Below the pieces are notes generated by a model. That model worked only from the letters and a program-made list of their open reading frames with translations. It ran no database searches and was not told the DNA's origin. A DNA stretch of 60,642 bases, filler included, from Sphacelaria rigidula (Eukaryota), in assembly GCA_964200075.2 (NCBI GenBank). It is 8 parts of 8 records of this genome, joined end to end, with 100 filler letters (N's around TTAATTAATTAA, not from the genome) between each part and the next. Parts side by side here need not be neighbours in the genome. Positions count along the whole stretch, not along the records: positions 22,780 to 30,272 come from CAXNAA020014674.1; positions 30,373 to 37,865 come from CAXNAA020014675.1; 6 more parts are not named here. One strand, written 5' to 3'. The position numbers and the translations under genes are program-made. How positions within the stretch are numbered: the first letter of the stretch is position 1; every line of letters begins with the position of its first letter. Positions 23,671 through 35,789 of the stretch are shown in pieces.

Positions 23671-25452
23671 CCCTTTTGGAACCGTTGATGGACAATTGAC
23701 GATTTACATTTGACGTTTTTTCGGCCAAGAAACGGTTGTTTTTCTACAGCTTTTGAGCAAACGACTCGTCCCAAGTGTGTTCTTCAGACCCGTGCGAATG
23801 GAACGTGGAAGAAAAGAAGGTTCGAAGGTTCTCTATTTTACGGGTATGACGAATTGTTCGACCCGTCGGTGTTTTGTAACCCCGGCCAGAGTGCACGGCT
23901 GACTCTCCGTGAAGCAACCTTCACGCCACACCTGCAGTAGATGCTTTGCACCGCATTACAGCAAGCTTGCGCCTAAGTTGAAATAACGAAGGCGAAACCG
24001 ACGGCACATTTATCTCACTTACGCCCCCGTCTACTGTCTGTATTCGCAGACAGTCACCGTCAGGCCCTGTGGGGATGTGTTCACCTACTCCTCTATACTG
24101 CGTGTGATCATGATATTTTCAGCTTATGTCGAGGGTAAACTCATGCCGCGCACGCTACTGTACCCTGTCGTACGCGTTTATACGGCACCAAACTGCGGTT
24201 TGATCATTCCATACCGGCGACGAGGACGTCATGTACCCCGCCGTTATACGTACTCCTGGTGCAGCGTAGGCGGGGGCCGTTACTTTGACTTATCCGATAC
24301 AGGCTGTCACTTTGTAGGCTGTGATCTTACGGCATATCTCATCCTGCGCATTGTGCTGTACGTTTCCACGACACCACCTCTATACTGGAGGTTGGTCATG
24401 TCTGAACGTTGCACAACCGTACCTTGTGCTGCGTGAGGTGTATCACTCCGGCTGGCGCTATCGCCTTTGGACTGTCTGTCCTCGTGGATGGCGTTGGGGT
24501 TTCATGCAATGATATCGCATACAGGTACCTCCTGTCTTTTGGCATGGAAGACAGTTACATCGTTATTCAGTTATACTGGACTGTAGCGAGGTGTAGTTAC
24601 TGACTGTAGTTGTAGTTGGGTTAGGCTGGTTGCGAAAGGCTGCCCCGGTCGTTTGTCGACCGTTTTGCTAGTATATCGCCTGTCTGGAAGCTTGCAGTCA
24701 CGTCCGCCTGGTGTCTCCTACATAATCCTGTGTGCCTCGCTGCGTTTTCTCTTGCTGGGGTTACTGTGCTGACGCTCGGTAAGCGAGCGGGGGGGGGGCG
24801 GTGTGAACCGCGGGGGGCAATGGGCTGCCCCAACTGTTCTTGCAGCTTTTTCAGCGAAACGCCTGGCAGCGTCCTGACCGTGCTTCTCAGCTACCTCTTC
24901 CAGCTGAACGTGAATTGCATATGGGTCGCTCTTCAGCGCTTCCACATGTGGCGACGGGATTTCCACGTGCTCCGCCATATCGTTGTCGCCGGCCGTGTAG
25001 TGTGGCTTCCTACGCTCGCCAACTCTTGATGATTCAACCCACCAGAACGGTGCACTAGTCTAATTTCAAGTATACTAGCGCGCCACTCTAACTTCAAGTA
25101 TACGAATGTGACGGGTTCGTGCACCGAACTCGTATTGACGTATTTCACACATTCTCCTGACAAAAATCCCAAGTATACCTGTAGGAGTTTGTACTGTTTT
25201 GCGAGAGTTTCGTCGATGCGCACAATTGGACACACTTCGCCCGTCGCGTGACATCATTGGACAAACGCAACCCGACCGCTTCGGGGTTCCGTTTTCGGTA
25301 CATCCATGACATGTGCGTCTGGAGTCTTCTTTGATCTTCCACAGTAAAAATGGTTGCTGTCGGTCTTTTCTGTTTCCATATTTTCTTCTTTATCAGGGCT
25401 TCTCATGATGAGGCGTCTGGCCCGGGGACGGGAGGGGAGAGTTCCAAAAGGG
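23671..25452 (-). mobile_element. piggyBac-like TTAA element (1.78 kb) carrying an unknown spliced gene; no transposase recognised
   Basis: 12-bp perfect TIR CCCTTTTGGAAC (23671) / GTTCCAAAAGGG (25441-25452), flanked by TTGA (variant) and TTAA. Confidence 0.8.
23830..24978 (-). pseudogene. Cargo gene of the TTAA element, copy 1 (degenerate, probably multi-exon)
   Basis: MAEHVEIPSPHVEALKSDPYAIHVQLEEVAEKHGQDAARRFAEKAARTVGAAHCPP..., with a frameshift in the G-run near 24790. Homologous to 54523-54948. Confidence 0.65.
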
Positions 25453-26891
25453 TTAAATACCTTCCAGTCAACCCTCTAACCCCACCTCCACGCATCCTCT
25501 CATTGGAAACACGTGAAATTCCCTCTTTCAGAGCACTCCCTCTTTTATTTTTGGCAAGGTAATCAGTCCATCCGGCCGCTCACTGTCTTTACTTTTTTTT
25601 TTGTCAAAATGTCACCGCAACCACTGAGCCACCATTGAGTTAGCATTGACTGACTGACTGACTGGCTCTGGTCATGTACTGTAAAATCTCGAAATCTCAA
25701 CAAAAAAAAACAGCACCCGCTCCGCACCCTCGAGGATTGAGAGAAAACACCACACCCTGGATAATGACAATACATCATTTTGTAAAAAAAAATGTACTGC
25801 ATGCAGTATGGAATGTATTGACTGTTGCAATAGGCGCAATAGGCGATACTGTACGCAGTGCACTATTTGACCGTGCACTCTTTTGTCCAGGGTGTGTTCT
25901 CCATAAACACACGAGATGAAAAATGCCGGTTTCGGGAATCGAACCACAAAACCTCACACGCATGGGGCGAGCCTGGATGGAATTCCTGATTGGTGCACAA
26001 GAAAACTACGATCGCAGCTGCGTCGATGGGGGTAACGTTTTGTCATCATACAGGTACAAGTAGGTTTCCTGTAGCTCAATCGGTCTCATACGAATGTTTC
26101 GTACTGTAAGCGCCTTTTTTTCGTGTAGATGTTTTGTTTCTTGTCTTCTTCTGTAGGCTGTTTGGGTTATGAGTATGGGTGGTATGGTCCTTGCACTCTG
26201 TGACCAGGGGTTCGAGAGATCAAGCTAATAATGAAGACAGGTGCTCCGAAAATACCTTTGAAAAGCACAAGGAAATAAAGTGTTCCTAAATCACCATCAT
26301 CACTAGGCACGACTACTTCAATCAGGATATTTTGGATTTGGGTCTCACTAGGATTATCTAATGACACATACATGATATGCCAAAAGCGGTCCCTGGCTAC
26401 CAATGTGCACGTATCAACTCATCGACGACGCGGGGGGAAGATGACGACACATGCACACTTCACGCACACATTAGATGATGGCGACACATATAAAAGGGAA
26501 GGACGTTCGTCGCACATCATTCCTATTCGTCGCATCCACTCTCAGGGGGCGGGGGGAGGAGGAGGCAGGGGTTTGCTCGCGGATCGACGTCGAGTATTTC
26601 ACACGAACGTCAGATGAACAAGTTCGGATGGTCCATTTTGACAAACAGCAACAAACAAGAACAAACAGAAAAAACACGAGAGGTGGTAGAGCCACCGCCG
26701 ACACGTGGACAACGACACGCGCCACGTCACACCGCCACACTATGATTTGTTGTGGCTGCATCTACGCCGCAAAGCGCTCTTCTCATTCCAAAGTGCACTG
26801 CCAAAAGCCGAGGCACAACAACAACGACGACGACGACGACGATGACACGAAGAGGACCCGCCAACAAAGCCACAAAAAAAAATACACTCAC

Positions 26892-27858
26892 CCCTGAACA
26901 CCGCGCAGGGTCCGTGCTGACACCAGTACTCTTGTCATCAGTCTTCGCCTGTTGTTGCTGACACCGATGCTGCGCCTCCAACCCACCAAACACACGCATC
27001 CCTTCTCCCCCCCCTGTACCATGCCCAAATGGACAAGCCATCCCCTCAAACCCAGCACGAGGGGGCCCCTTCCCGACCGCCGACGCCGATCTCGGCCTGT
27101 CACACGTGGTGACCGTATGAAATCGCGGCTGCTGCGGACGGCTCCCCAGCCCACCCTGCAACGGAGTCGGCGCCGGAGTTCGCGCCTCATCATTGCCATC
27201 GGCGCCGTGAACATGGCCGCCGCCGCCGCCTGACATGTCGATCGAAACGCGCGCAAGATCGTCGGTGTTACCGCCGACAGTTCGATTGTCGTCACCATCG
27301 CCACCGTTACTGACAACTTCGGCGTACGTGGGTAAAGAATCTTCTCGTCCGGCGGCCGTCGCGGCACCGAGCTTGTTCCGGGTGTTCGCCTGCTGCGCCA
27401 CAATAGTCGGCACCGCCGGCACCGCAGATGCGTCGCCGCCGCCGCTGCTCCTGCCACCGCTGGCGGCAGCAGCTGGCCTCACCGCAGTAGCAGCAGCATC
27501 TGATATAGTCGGCAGCACCGGATTCGCGACGGGAGCACTGGACTCCGCCCCCGGTGGCGGCGTTATCGCGCCACTGGTGACACTAGCTCCATCAAATGTA
27601 ACCTCCGTCCCCGTCCCCGTCCCCGCTCCCGCCCCCGCTGCCTCAGCCGTGATGGAAGGGGTTAACGTGGCGGCGGCCGAGCTCGTAGTGTCCCAGGAGC
27701 TCGAGCCCGAGATGCTTGAGCGGCGGCGGCCGGACGTGTTCGGGGCTGCTGCGGTCGACGGGGAGCTTGGTTGGTGCTGGTGCAGCTGGTGCTGTAGCTG
27801 AGTCTTGTTGCGGTACGTGGCCTCTGCTGCCGCCGACAGCTCTTTGCACCACACGTTC
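26892..27858 (-). CDS. Large internal exon of an unidentified gene (Ser/Ala/Gly-rich); may begin with the C-terminal helix of a PH domain
   Basis: Long open GC-rich frame. Acceptor aacgtag| at 27859, candidate donor |gtgagt at 26891. Starts NVWCKELSAAAE. Flanking exons not identified. Confidence 0.55.
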
Positions 27859-29100
27859 CTACGTTGTTTTTCGTTGTTAGGTAGAAGGGCAGGGTCACGA
27901 GTCAGTCAGTCACCCGGGGGCGAAGAAGGGTGTGCCCTCGGCAGTAGGAGCGGGGGATGGGGACGGGGGGCGACGAGCCCTCCATGTAGTAGGCATCATC
28001 TACAACATTTTTTTTATTACGAAATCCTGTAACATGAAAAATGGAGCCCAATACGGCAACAGGTATCGTCGGTGAAAGCGGAAATGCTTCCAAGGTGAAG
28101 TGATGCAGAGCAAGGATAGGATGCGGGCCAGTAGATATGTCCTCCCTGAGCAACTTTCAGCTGTCGTGGGTACATGCCTGATATGGTTCCCAAGTGGCGT
28201 ACGCTGGCAACCGCCACCGCTGCGACATATGCGAACAGCACAAATGCTCTCCTCCTATCGATACTTTCGCAGCAGTCCTGATACTTCCGGGGCCGGGTTG
28301 GCACAACTTGAGCGTGTGTTGATCTTCCACGCATGTCGCATCGTCCAAACTGAACTTCTTTCTTGAAAACATTTGTCGCTTATGTCTACACTACTGATAC
28401 TGTACCGTACATGCACCATGCGGACTTTTTTTCACCGTCTGTGGCTGGACAGAACTGTAAGAAAGAGCCAGGGTGCCATCGCTCTCCACTGAACACAGTG
28501 TACTTACTGCCGGAGCAAGGCTAGATAGTATATCTCGGGCGTGTTTAGATCTTGCACGCATGTCGCATCATTTCAATTATGTTTCTTATTACGGTCTCTC
28601 TTGTGTACTGCTGCAGCAGCTGGTACCACTACTGTACCAGATGTGCGAAATTATTTCATCATCAGCGGCTGGATACAACGGCAAGGAACACTCAGCGTAC
28701 CATCGCTGTCCACTGACCGCAGTCTACTGCATGCTGCTGATGTCTCTGCTTAGCGTTCCACAATAACACTTCAGACAGTGTGGAGCTACGGTCGCAATAC
28801 AATGAATGAGGATCATGGAGGCGGCAAAGACTACGAGCAGAGTGAAAACCACGTCGTTTTCTTTACCATCTTATCTATGGTTGGAAAGTCGCGACGAAAA
28901 TGGGAAATGCGGCCATTATGGAGCACGAGGTAGTCAATCTCGGTTCGTCTCAGATGAATATCCTGACCAACCACAGCTCTCGACATGATCCGTGCCTTCC
29001 TCTCCGGCCTTGTTCCTGGCTTAGAATTTTCCATGGGAGACACCACACACACATGGTCGTGAAATCTTTTACTTGCTTTGCGAACAGGCACCCCCCCCAC

Positions 29101-29203
29101 CTTGCCTTAGTCGTGTGACCATTTACCACGCATCCCTTAGGAGTAGGAACGATGCTCCGTCTCGAAAGGGATGCGTGGTCAATGGTCACCCAACTAAGGC
29201 AAG
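29101..29203. repeat. Hairpin with 38-bp arms, part of a dispersed repeat (inverted partial copy at ~33795-33880)
   Basis: cttgccttagtcgtgtgaccatttaccacgcatccctt ... aagggatgcgtggtcaatggtcacccaactaaggcaag. Confidence 0.85.
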
Positions 29204-29327
29204 CAACGAATAAGTACGCCCCCCTCCCCCACCCCCACCCTTACAACGCCCCCCTCCCCCCCCAGCCCCTTTGGAAACCCCCGAGTGTCCTTGGACTGTC
29301 AGCCGGTAGGACTCTTCCGAGTCGACG

Positions 29328-29579
29328 CTCGCGGTCGAAGGGTTAAATCATACAGAGACAATCGAATAAAACGGACTATCATACCCATCCACATAAAAAC
29401 GCGTTGCCCGTGAGATGAGGAATGTCTGCGAACTATTTTTTTTGGTAATGCCTCTTCCGTTTGCGACGCGAGGCTCGCAGCGGAAAATGCTTCGTCGAGG
29501 TAGCAGCTGAGCTAACTCTTCTCTCACTTCCAACTTCTCCCACTCCTACTAGGGGCATCATTAACCCGTAGACCGCGAG
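29328..29579. mobile_element. Two outward-facing piggyBac-type termini (end of one element, start of another)
   Basis: ctcgcggtcgaaggg|TTAA (29328-29346) and TTAA|cccgtagaccgcgag (29561-29579). Confidence 0.55.
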
Positions 29580-29976
29580 GACAGGTCACCTGCTGAATCG
29601 GCATCAATTTTCACCTGGAAAAAGTATGCGTGATCCAGATGGACTACCCGCACCGCGGTCTGAGGGTCAACCCTTTTGGGACCGATCCCCCACGAACACA
29701 GAATTGACCCCGTGTTGGTGAAATAATTGGAAATAAGTCTTCGAGCGACCTGCCCAATCACGGCGAGACGAAATTTATCGACCAGACCCGAACGACCAGC
29801 GCGGGGATTGCTGTCGAGTGTGATGCCACTACAGAGATCGCGTGGGGGGTCCTATCCCTGGCCCAGATAAGCTTTCCCAGGTTTCCAAATGCAGGGTGGT
29901 CGCAGCTTGGTTTTATGGTACTACTTGCATTCAGTATATAGGCTGGATCACGCTCATCACCCAAAAAACACTCATC

Positions 29977-30248
29977 GGCAAAACTTCACGCTGTTTTAAG
30001 GAGTTAGACCCTGAAATATTGCACGAATATTCTTTGGGTCATTACGCAATTTTGCAGGAATGTTTTTTTTTACTTTTCACCGTTTTGCGGGGGTCCCAGA
30101 TTTTTGGGGGGAAACCTCGACCCAATCGGACCCCCGTAAAACGGTGAAAAGTATTAAAAAACACTCCTGCAAAGTTGCGTAATGACCCAAAGAATATTCG
30201 TGCAAAATTTCAGGGTCTAACTCCTTAAAGCGGCGTGAGGTTTTGGCC
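29977..30248. mobile_element. Foldback MITE with ~120-bp arms and ~30-bp loop
   Basis: ttaaggagttagaccctgaaat...cttttcaccgttttgcgggggtcc is the reverse complement of ggacccccgtaaaacggtgaaaag...atttcagggtctaactccttaa. Confidence 0.88.
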
Positions 30249-32347
30249 TTTGTGCGATGAAGTTTGCCGTACNNNNNNNNNNNNNNNNNNNNNNNNNNNN
30301 NNNNNNNNNNNNNNNNTTAATTAATTAANNNNNNNNNNNNNNNNNNNNNNNNNNNNNNNNNNNNNNNNNNNNAGGACGTGGATAAGATATGTAAGAGGTT
30401 CTTGTGTAATGTATGGAAAAAACGTAATGAGCTACGGAAGGAAAGTACCCGTTCGGGAAAGACCTTATCGAAAAGCCATTGTTGATCAGCGATTTTTTTC
30501 AGATGGAATTGCGCACTTAGTCGTCATCATTCGAGTCGCCATCATTCGAGTCGCTGTCATCGGACAGCAGTAGTAACAGGCCACCTTGCGGAAGAAGCAC
30601 TTGCAACAGGGCGATACAGTTTTTACTAATGCCCCTCTCTTGCGTATTCCGCTGCAAAGCGGTGGTGGAGAGATGACGTTGTGGGTAAGCGATTCATGGA
30701 TGGTCAAGTTATCACCATCACCGCGTTTGTCTGCTTGTGCATTAGCATGATCCCTCTCAGAATGCCCCACGTCCAGCTATATGACTAAACCACAGCCTTC
30801 CCGTCGTGTGTTTCTAGCGTTCCGTATCGAAGAAAAGGGTGGTCCTGCTGTGGTCGAAACCCTTACCTGGCAGGTTCCGTCAATATCCACGCAAACGCCT
30901 CGCACTGTCTCGGCATCGATGCTCTTGACATTGAGTGTGATGAGCTCCAGGCTAAGATAGTCGCAGCGTTCTGGCGGAGTACGTGCGGGAGGTCGGACGT
31001 GATCGCGGCAGCGGCAAGGGAGGAAGGGTTGGGTAAGGACTCGAGACGTTTTCCAGCGAATAATTCAGGCGACATGTGGGCCGTTGGGATATGTTCCATT
31101 TCTATGCCCTTCACGAGGCGAACAGCGAAAGTATGGCGCCATGTTTGCTGGTATTTGAAGCAATACAAGCAGCAGGCCACATACGAGGTATAACGGAAAG
31201 GTTATGCTCCATGAGGACTATCTTCCTGCAGCCTTGCTGAAAAGAAAATGCGACACTTCGGGAACCTCGGAGGGTGGAGGGGCTGCAAATGACGTCGTTT
31301 GGCGGGTGAAAATGGTGTGAGATCACAGTGCCTCAGCCGCTACGCGATGCGATTGCAATGGGTTGATCCTCGATCCGACGGTTTCGCTTAAACAAAGAAA
31401 CTGCACCAGGTTTGAATGTCGGCGGTTGCTCATAGGTTTAAGCAACTAGGTTCCGTGCAAAGCGTACATTTAAGGTGAAACGCAGGATTTTGTCGTACAC
31501 CTTGGATGGGCAGTACAGTAGTAGCAGGCGTTTCACGAACATTGGTAGCCATAAATGGATCGGCCGTGAGTACGAAACTCAGCATGTTTCATGAGCGGGC
31601 ACAGAACGTCTACGGGAATGTTCGTCCATACAAAGGGTACGGACGGGCTATTCATGTCGGGATTATTTTCTTTCTACCGGTGAATATGCCACTTTTTCTG
31701 TACTCTGTACTACCCACTTGTTTCCCTCGTGCCCTTTATGACGCAGCATTTCAATTATGGCGCGACATACGACAAAAGTCCCATGGGAGATCGTTTATAA
31801 CCCGACTTCTCGGGAACAAGGCTATCCTTTACATAGACCCCGGTGATCGAAATAACTGATTCGCATGAATCGGGCGAGGAACTGTCGGGGTCACTTTGCC
31901 ACTATGTCTATCGCCATACAACAAAAACAGAGCACTCGAGGGCGCTACTCATGAATTATCGAACTAACTTATCAATAAAAACATGCCCCCCCCCCCCCTC
32001 CCACACACACACATGTCGTGTATTTTTTCTACGTCACACTTTCGAATTCCTCCCGTTTCTTGGAATGGGTTCGTGGTCTCAAGGGATCACACCCATCTCT
32101 CCCCGGTACACGCCTCTCCCTGTTGCCTCGCGGATTGGATCATAACGAACACTCCCGCATTGCGCCAGCTTTCCTCGAACAATCTCAGTCGAACTCGCTT
32201 CAGTGTCCTCACGTCCTCACGCTTGACACGGTAGAAACCAGACACTTTGAAGTAAAATTCCAAATACATCTGGCGGAAATGGAATTCGCGTTCTTCCCAA
32301 CCTAATGGTGTCAGTTGTACCATTTTAATTCACACCACCGCCACCAA

Positions 32348-32700
32348 GCCGGTCGCACCGGTGGCTCAGTTGGTAACCTCGAAACCTCCTGACGGCTGAG
32401 TCGCGGGTTCGAATCTCGGTGCAGTCACACGATCCGGGATTTTTTCTCACACATTACCCAACAGTGGAGAGCGACTTTGTCGTAGCTACATAAACTACGA
32501 CTTCACAGTCGACGAGGGAAAAGGACTGCTGAACCCCTCTCGCGACAAAATAAACCAGTCAAGCACCGCAAAAGGAAGTATGAAAAAAAAAATCCTGTGT
32601 TGCCATTTCTCCTGAGTGACTTCGGCTGATGCGCCCACATACACCGAAAGGTGTAGACTGCCGTGCAGAATAAAGGGGATAGGCACATGACACACACAAC
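32348..32700 (+). mobile_element. tRNA-headed SINE, copy 2 (full length)
   Basis: gccggtcgcaccggTGGCTCAGTTGGt...GGTTCGAATC, conserved body (ggactgctgaacccctctcgcga) and CA-rich tail. Confidence 0.88.
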
Positions 32701-35261
32701 ACCACCGCGCCGCGGCGCATTCATCGAACATTGCAAGTAATACTATTCCATTTGATTCTTACCGCCCAGCGCTTGCTTGCAGATTCAAGGCGACATACCA
32801 ACTGACGTACGCATGTGCTCAATTGTCCACCACTTCGCGTAAAAAAATGGATTTTACGTTTGGCTCTGGTTGTGTTGTACTGTTAAGCTGTTGAGCGCAC
32901 CAAGGGCACATGTCAGTGTCGAGCCGTACGGGGGGGTTCTTAACAATGCTTGGTGAAAATACCCTGTGAATCGAAGAGCGAACCGCGGCTTCGCCGTCGT
33001 TCCAGCATGAAAGTCATGCTCTATCGATCGCCGCACCGACAAAGCTGCACATCCCGGTACTGTAGGCTGCAGATAAAATGACTGTATTTTTGTACAGCGG
33101 GGAGAACAAAACGCCTACTTTTCGCAGTGAGAGTTGACCCCCATAATACTGCGATCGCCTACAGTATGATTACTCTGAAATGTTGCATGCTGGCGACCCA
33201 TAGAATGAAGGGAGAAACACTATGGTGAAATGATTTAGGCAAACATATTTGTTCGGTCGAGGGCGGCGCGTTCATAAGCACAAAAAAAAGGGTCAAAATA
33301 TATTGCTCCCAATATTCGAGAACACAGCACTCCCCTCGCCGGACTGACTTCTTTTCGGAAACGTGGGTGCTTTCTGCTCCGTAACCCCTCGTGCCGAAGG
33401 AGAAAGGCCTGAAAAAGTCCCAGGTCGCATGCAATCATGTCAGCCGACCCATACTCCGCCGGTACCCCCGCAATGAGATTTCATGCCTGTGTAATTCCAC
33501 AGCTTGCGCCATTTATGTTTCAAAAGTGACAAATCTCTGGGTGTCCGCGGTAATGTTCTACGTACCATGGTTTATATACCACAACAGCGATTCTTCACCT
33601 TAAGGTGCCTCCACAAGTTGCGATGTTTGTTACAGCTCTCACCCCAGGGGTGGTATACTCCGTACCGGTTTCCACTCACCGACGAACCAACGCTGGAAAG
33701 AGCAGCCTCCGATAACCATGCGCGAGTCATTTGGGCCTGAGATTACTGCCACCATGGACGGCGGTGTCACGATGAAGTTACCTGGGACGACCGCGGGGGG
33801 TGGGGGGGGGGCGTAACTCATTTGTTGCCTGATTTAAGGCATTTTACTATTGATCACGCATCCCTTGTAAGACGGAGCGCCAGGGGAGGAAAAGAGCAGT
33901 TCATCGGTGCTTATATTAACATGTACAAGCCTGGTTCTACCGAGAAACTCTACGGCACTTTACCTTCCCTTTTGGAAAATAGTTACAACGACGACCGAAG
34001 CTTTGAGGTCGTCCACTTGATGCTGAGATCAAGACATAACAAAGTGCCGTGCCGTGGCCCAGGCTATGGGCTGCCGTGTACCGCTCTGTGGCCCACAAGA
34101 AGAAACACAGCGTTTGAGTCAAAGCGCAGCTGTCTGTGGCTTCGGTACATGCAAAAGTGTGCATTTCCGATGCAGTAGATAATTGTTCAGTTCATCAAAC
34201 ATACATACTCGCTTCTACGCCCTAGACGATTACAAACATCATGGCATTATTCGTGGTATGTACCAATCTCCCTCGCACGCAGACTAAACCCCCATGTGAA
34301 AATGGAAAAATTTCAAGGTTATATTCTGTTGGGCATCCCGGCTGAAATTCGGGTATATACAGAAGTATAATAGAGGTATTTTATCGGTGAATATCCTTCC
34401 AAGACTCTCAGCTCCGCTTGTCCAAAAACAACACACCCGTGACCACAGGATCAGAGAAGTCAGAGCGCAACCTTTGCATAACTCCGCGTGCTCGACGTCC
34501 GGCGCTTGCAGTGATAAAATATGAAAACAGGGGGCCAAACGAGCTATTGGAGCTCGTGATCCGGATTACTACAAAGTACACCAATGAGACGTAATGTTCA
34601 GGTAGCTCATGACCTGTCCGACGTGTGTAACGTTTCGGTCGAGGTTCTCTCGATAGGTACACAAACTGGGGAAAAGCACAGCTCGGTGGAAACTTTTTTT
34701 CCACCATCCCGATCTGTATAGACGGGATGTATGCATTGTAACCAACAGTTTTGTGGCAGGGGGGGGGGAGGTGATTTATTTAAAACCAAACCAGCGGACA
34801 GTCTCATGCGAGCGCAGAACGTACCTGTGCTTGCAGGAGCTTCGTCGTGCAGGTCGTTCACAACTTTCACGGGGTGTGACGGAGTGTGAAAAACAAGTGA
34901 CGCCATGCTCGCTGACGATGGCTGCCAACATGAATAATACGAGCTGGACCAGCTCAGGGTGTTTTTCGTCGGTAATCGGGTGGCGCGGTGCTCAATTTGA
35001 GGAGCTAGGCGCTGAAAGTTTGACACGTCATTTCCATCATCGAAACGTACAACATATCCGGGGATGTCAAGGAAAATATTAACGTTGCAGTGATTTGACA
35101 TTTCAGCAAAAACTGGAAAATGCCACAACCGTGGAAAAAACGGCAACTACGGGGTCCCCCGTCACGAAGTTTGTACTTGCGCGCAGGAGGTCCTGGTAAA
35201 AGTTCAGCTAAAAATTCCCAGAGTTGGGCCCAGCGTGGAACGTTTCGTGTGACACCGCTGC

Positions 35262-35325
35262 GCCCCTGTAATCCGAGTGGTACAGGAGACTCCAGTTGTG
35301 GAGGTCACGAGTTCGAATCCCGACA
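35262..35325 (+). repeat. tRNA-like Pol III head (SINE remnant or tRNA pseudogene)
   Basis: A-box-like taatccgagtgg and B-box-like agttcgaatcc at tRNA spacing; no complete cloverleaf. Confidence 0.45.
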
Positions 35326-35789
35326 ACCTCCTTTTCTTCACAGAATCTGGTTCCATGGTCGAGGTCATATATCATACAGTGCACACTTTTCTTGACTTTA
35401 TTTGTTTTGTTAGCCGCAGAGCATGCATGACCAGGTTGACCTGCAGTTCACAGCGATATGGTTATATCGAGCTGATTCGCGAAACATGAAAAGCTGTTGA
35501 GTGCTGTGCGTTTGTAAGTTTTACGGATGGCCCAGGTCGTACTACACTGAGTTACCGCACGCTACCACCGTACGGGGTTGTACTTATTATTTAGCACGAT
35601 GCACGATACTTAATTCGTCATGTACTTGCACGGTACACACAGTGCTGTGTTGCGTCGCCGCACAGAACTGTGGTGTACTGTACCGTCGTCGTATACTGCA
35701 CTATACAACCGCACGGAAATACGTAATTACGGTGCGTTACGGTACTGTACTGTACTGTAGCTGAAGGATGACAGTCTCTCTTCTTAGGC

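Noticed and set aside
25920-25980. tRNA-like B box on the minus strand (also ~38780-38795)
   Set aside because: Isolated B-box matches without a convincing A box or cloverleaf.
28030-28372. Minus-strand ORF fragments as upstream exons of the 27858 exon
   Set aside because: In-frame stop at ~28157 and no consistent splice phase or PH-like sequence found.
32348-32430. tRNA gene
   Set aside because: A/B boxes are present, but there is no proper acceptor or anticodon arm, and it continues into a repeated SINE body.
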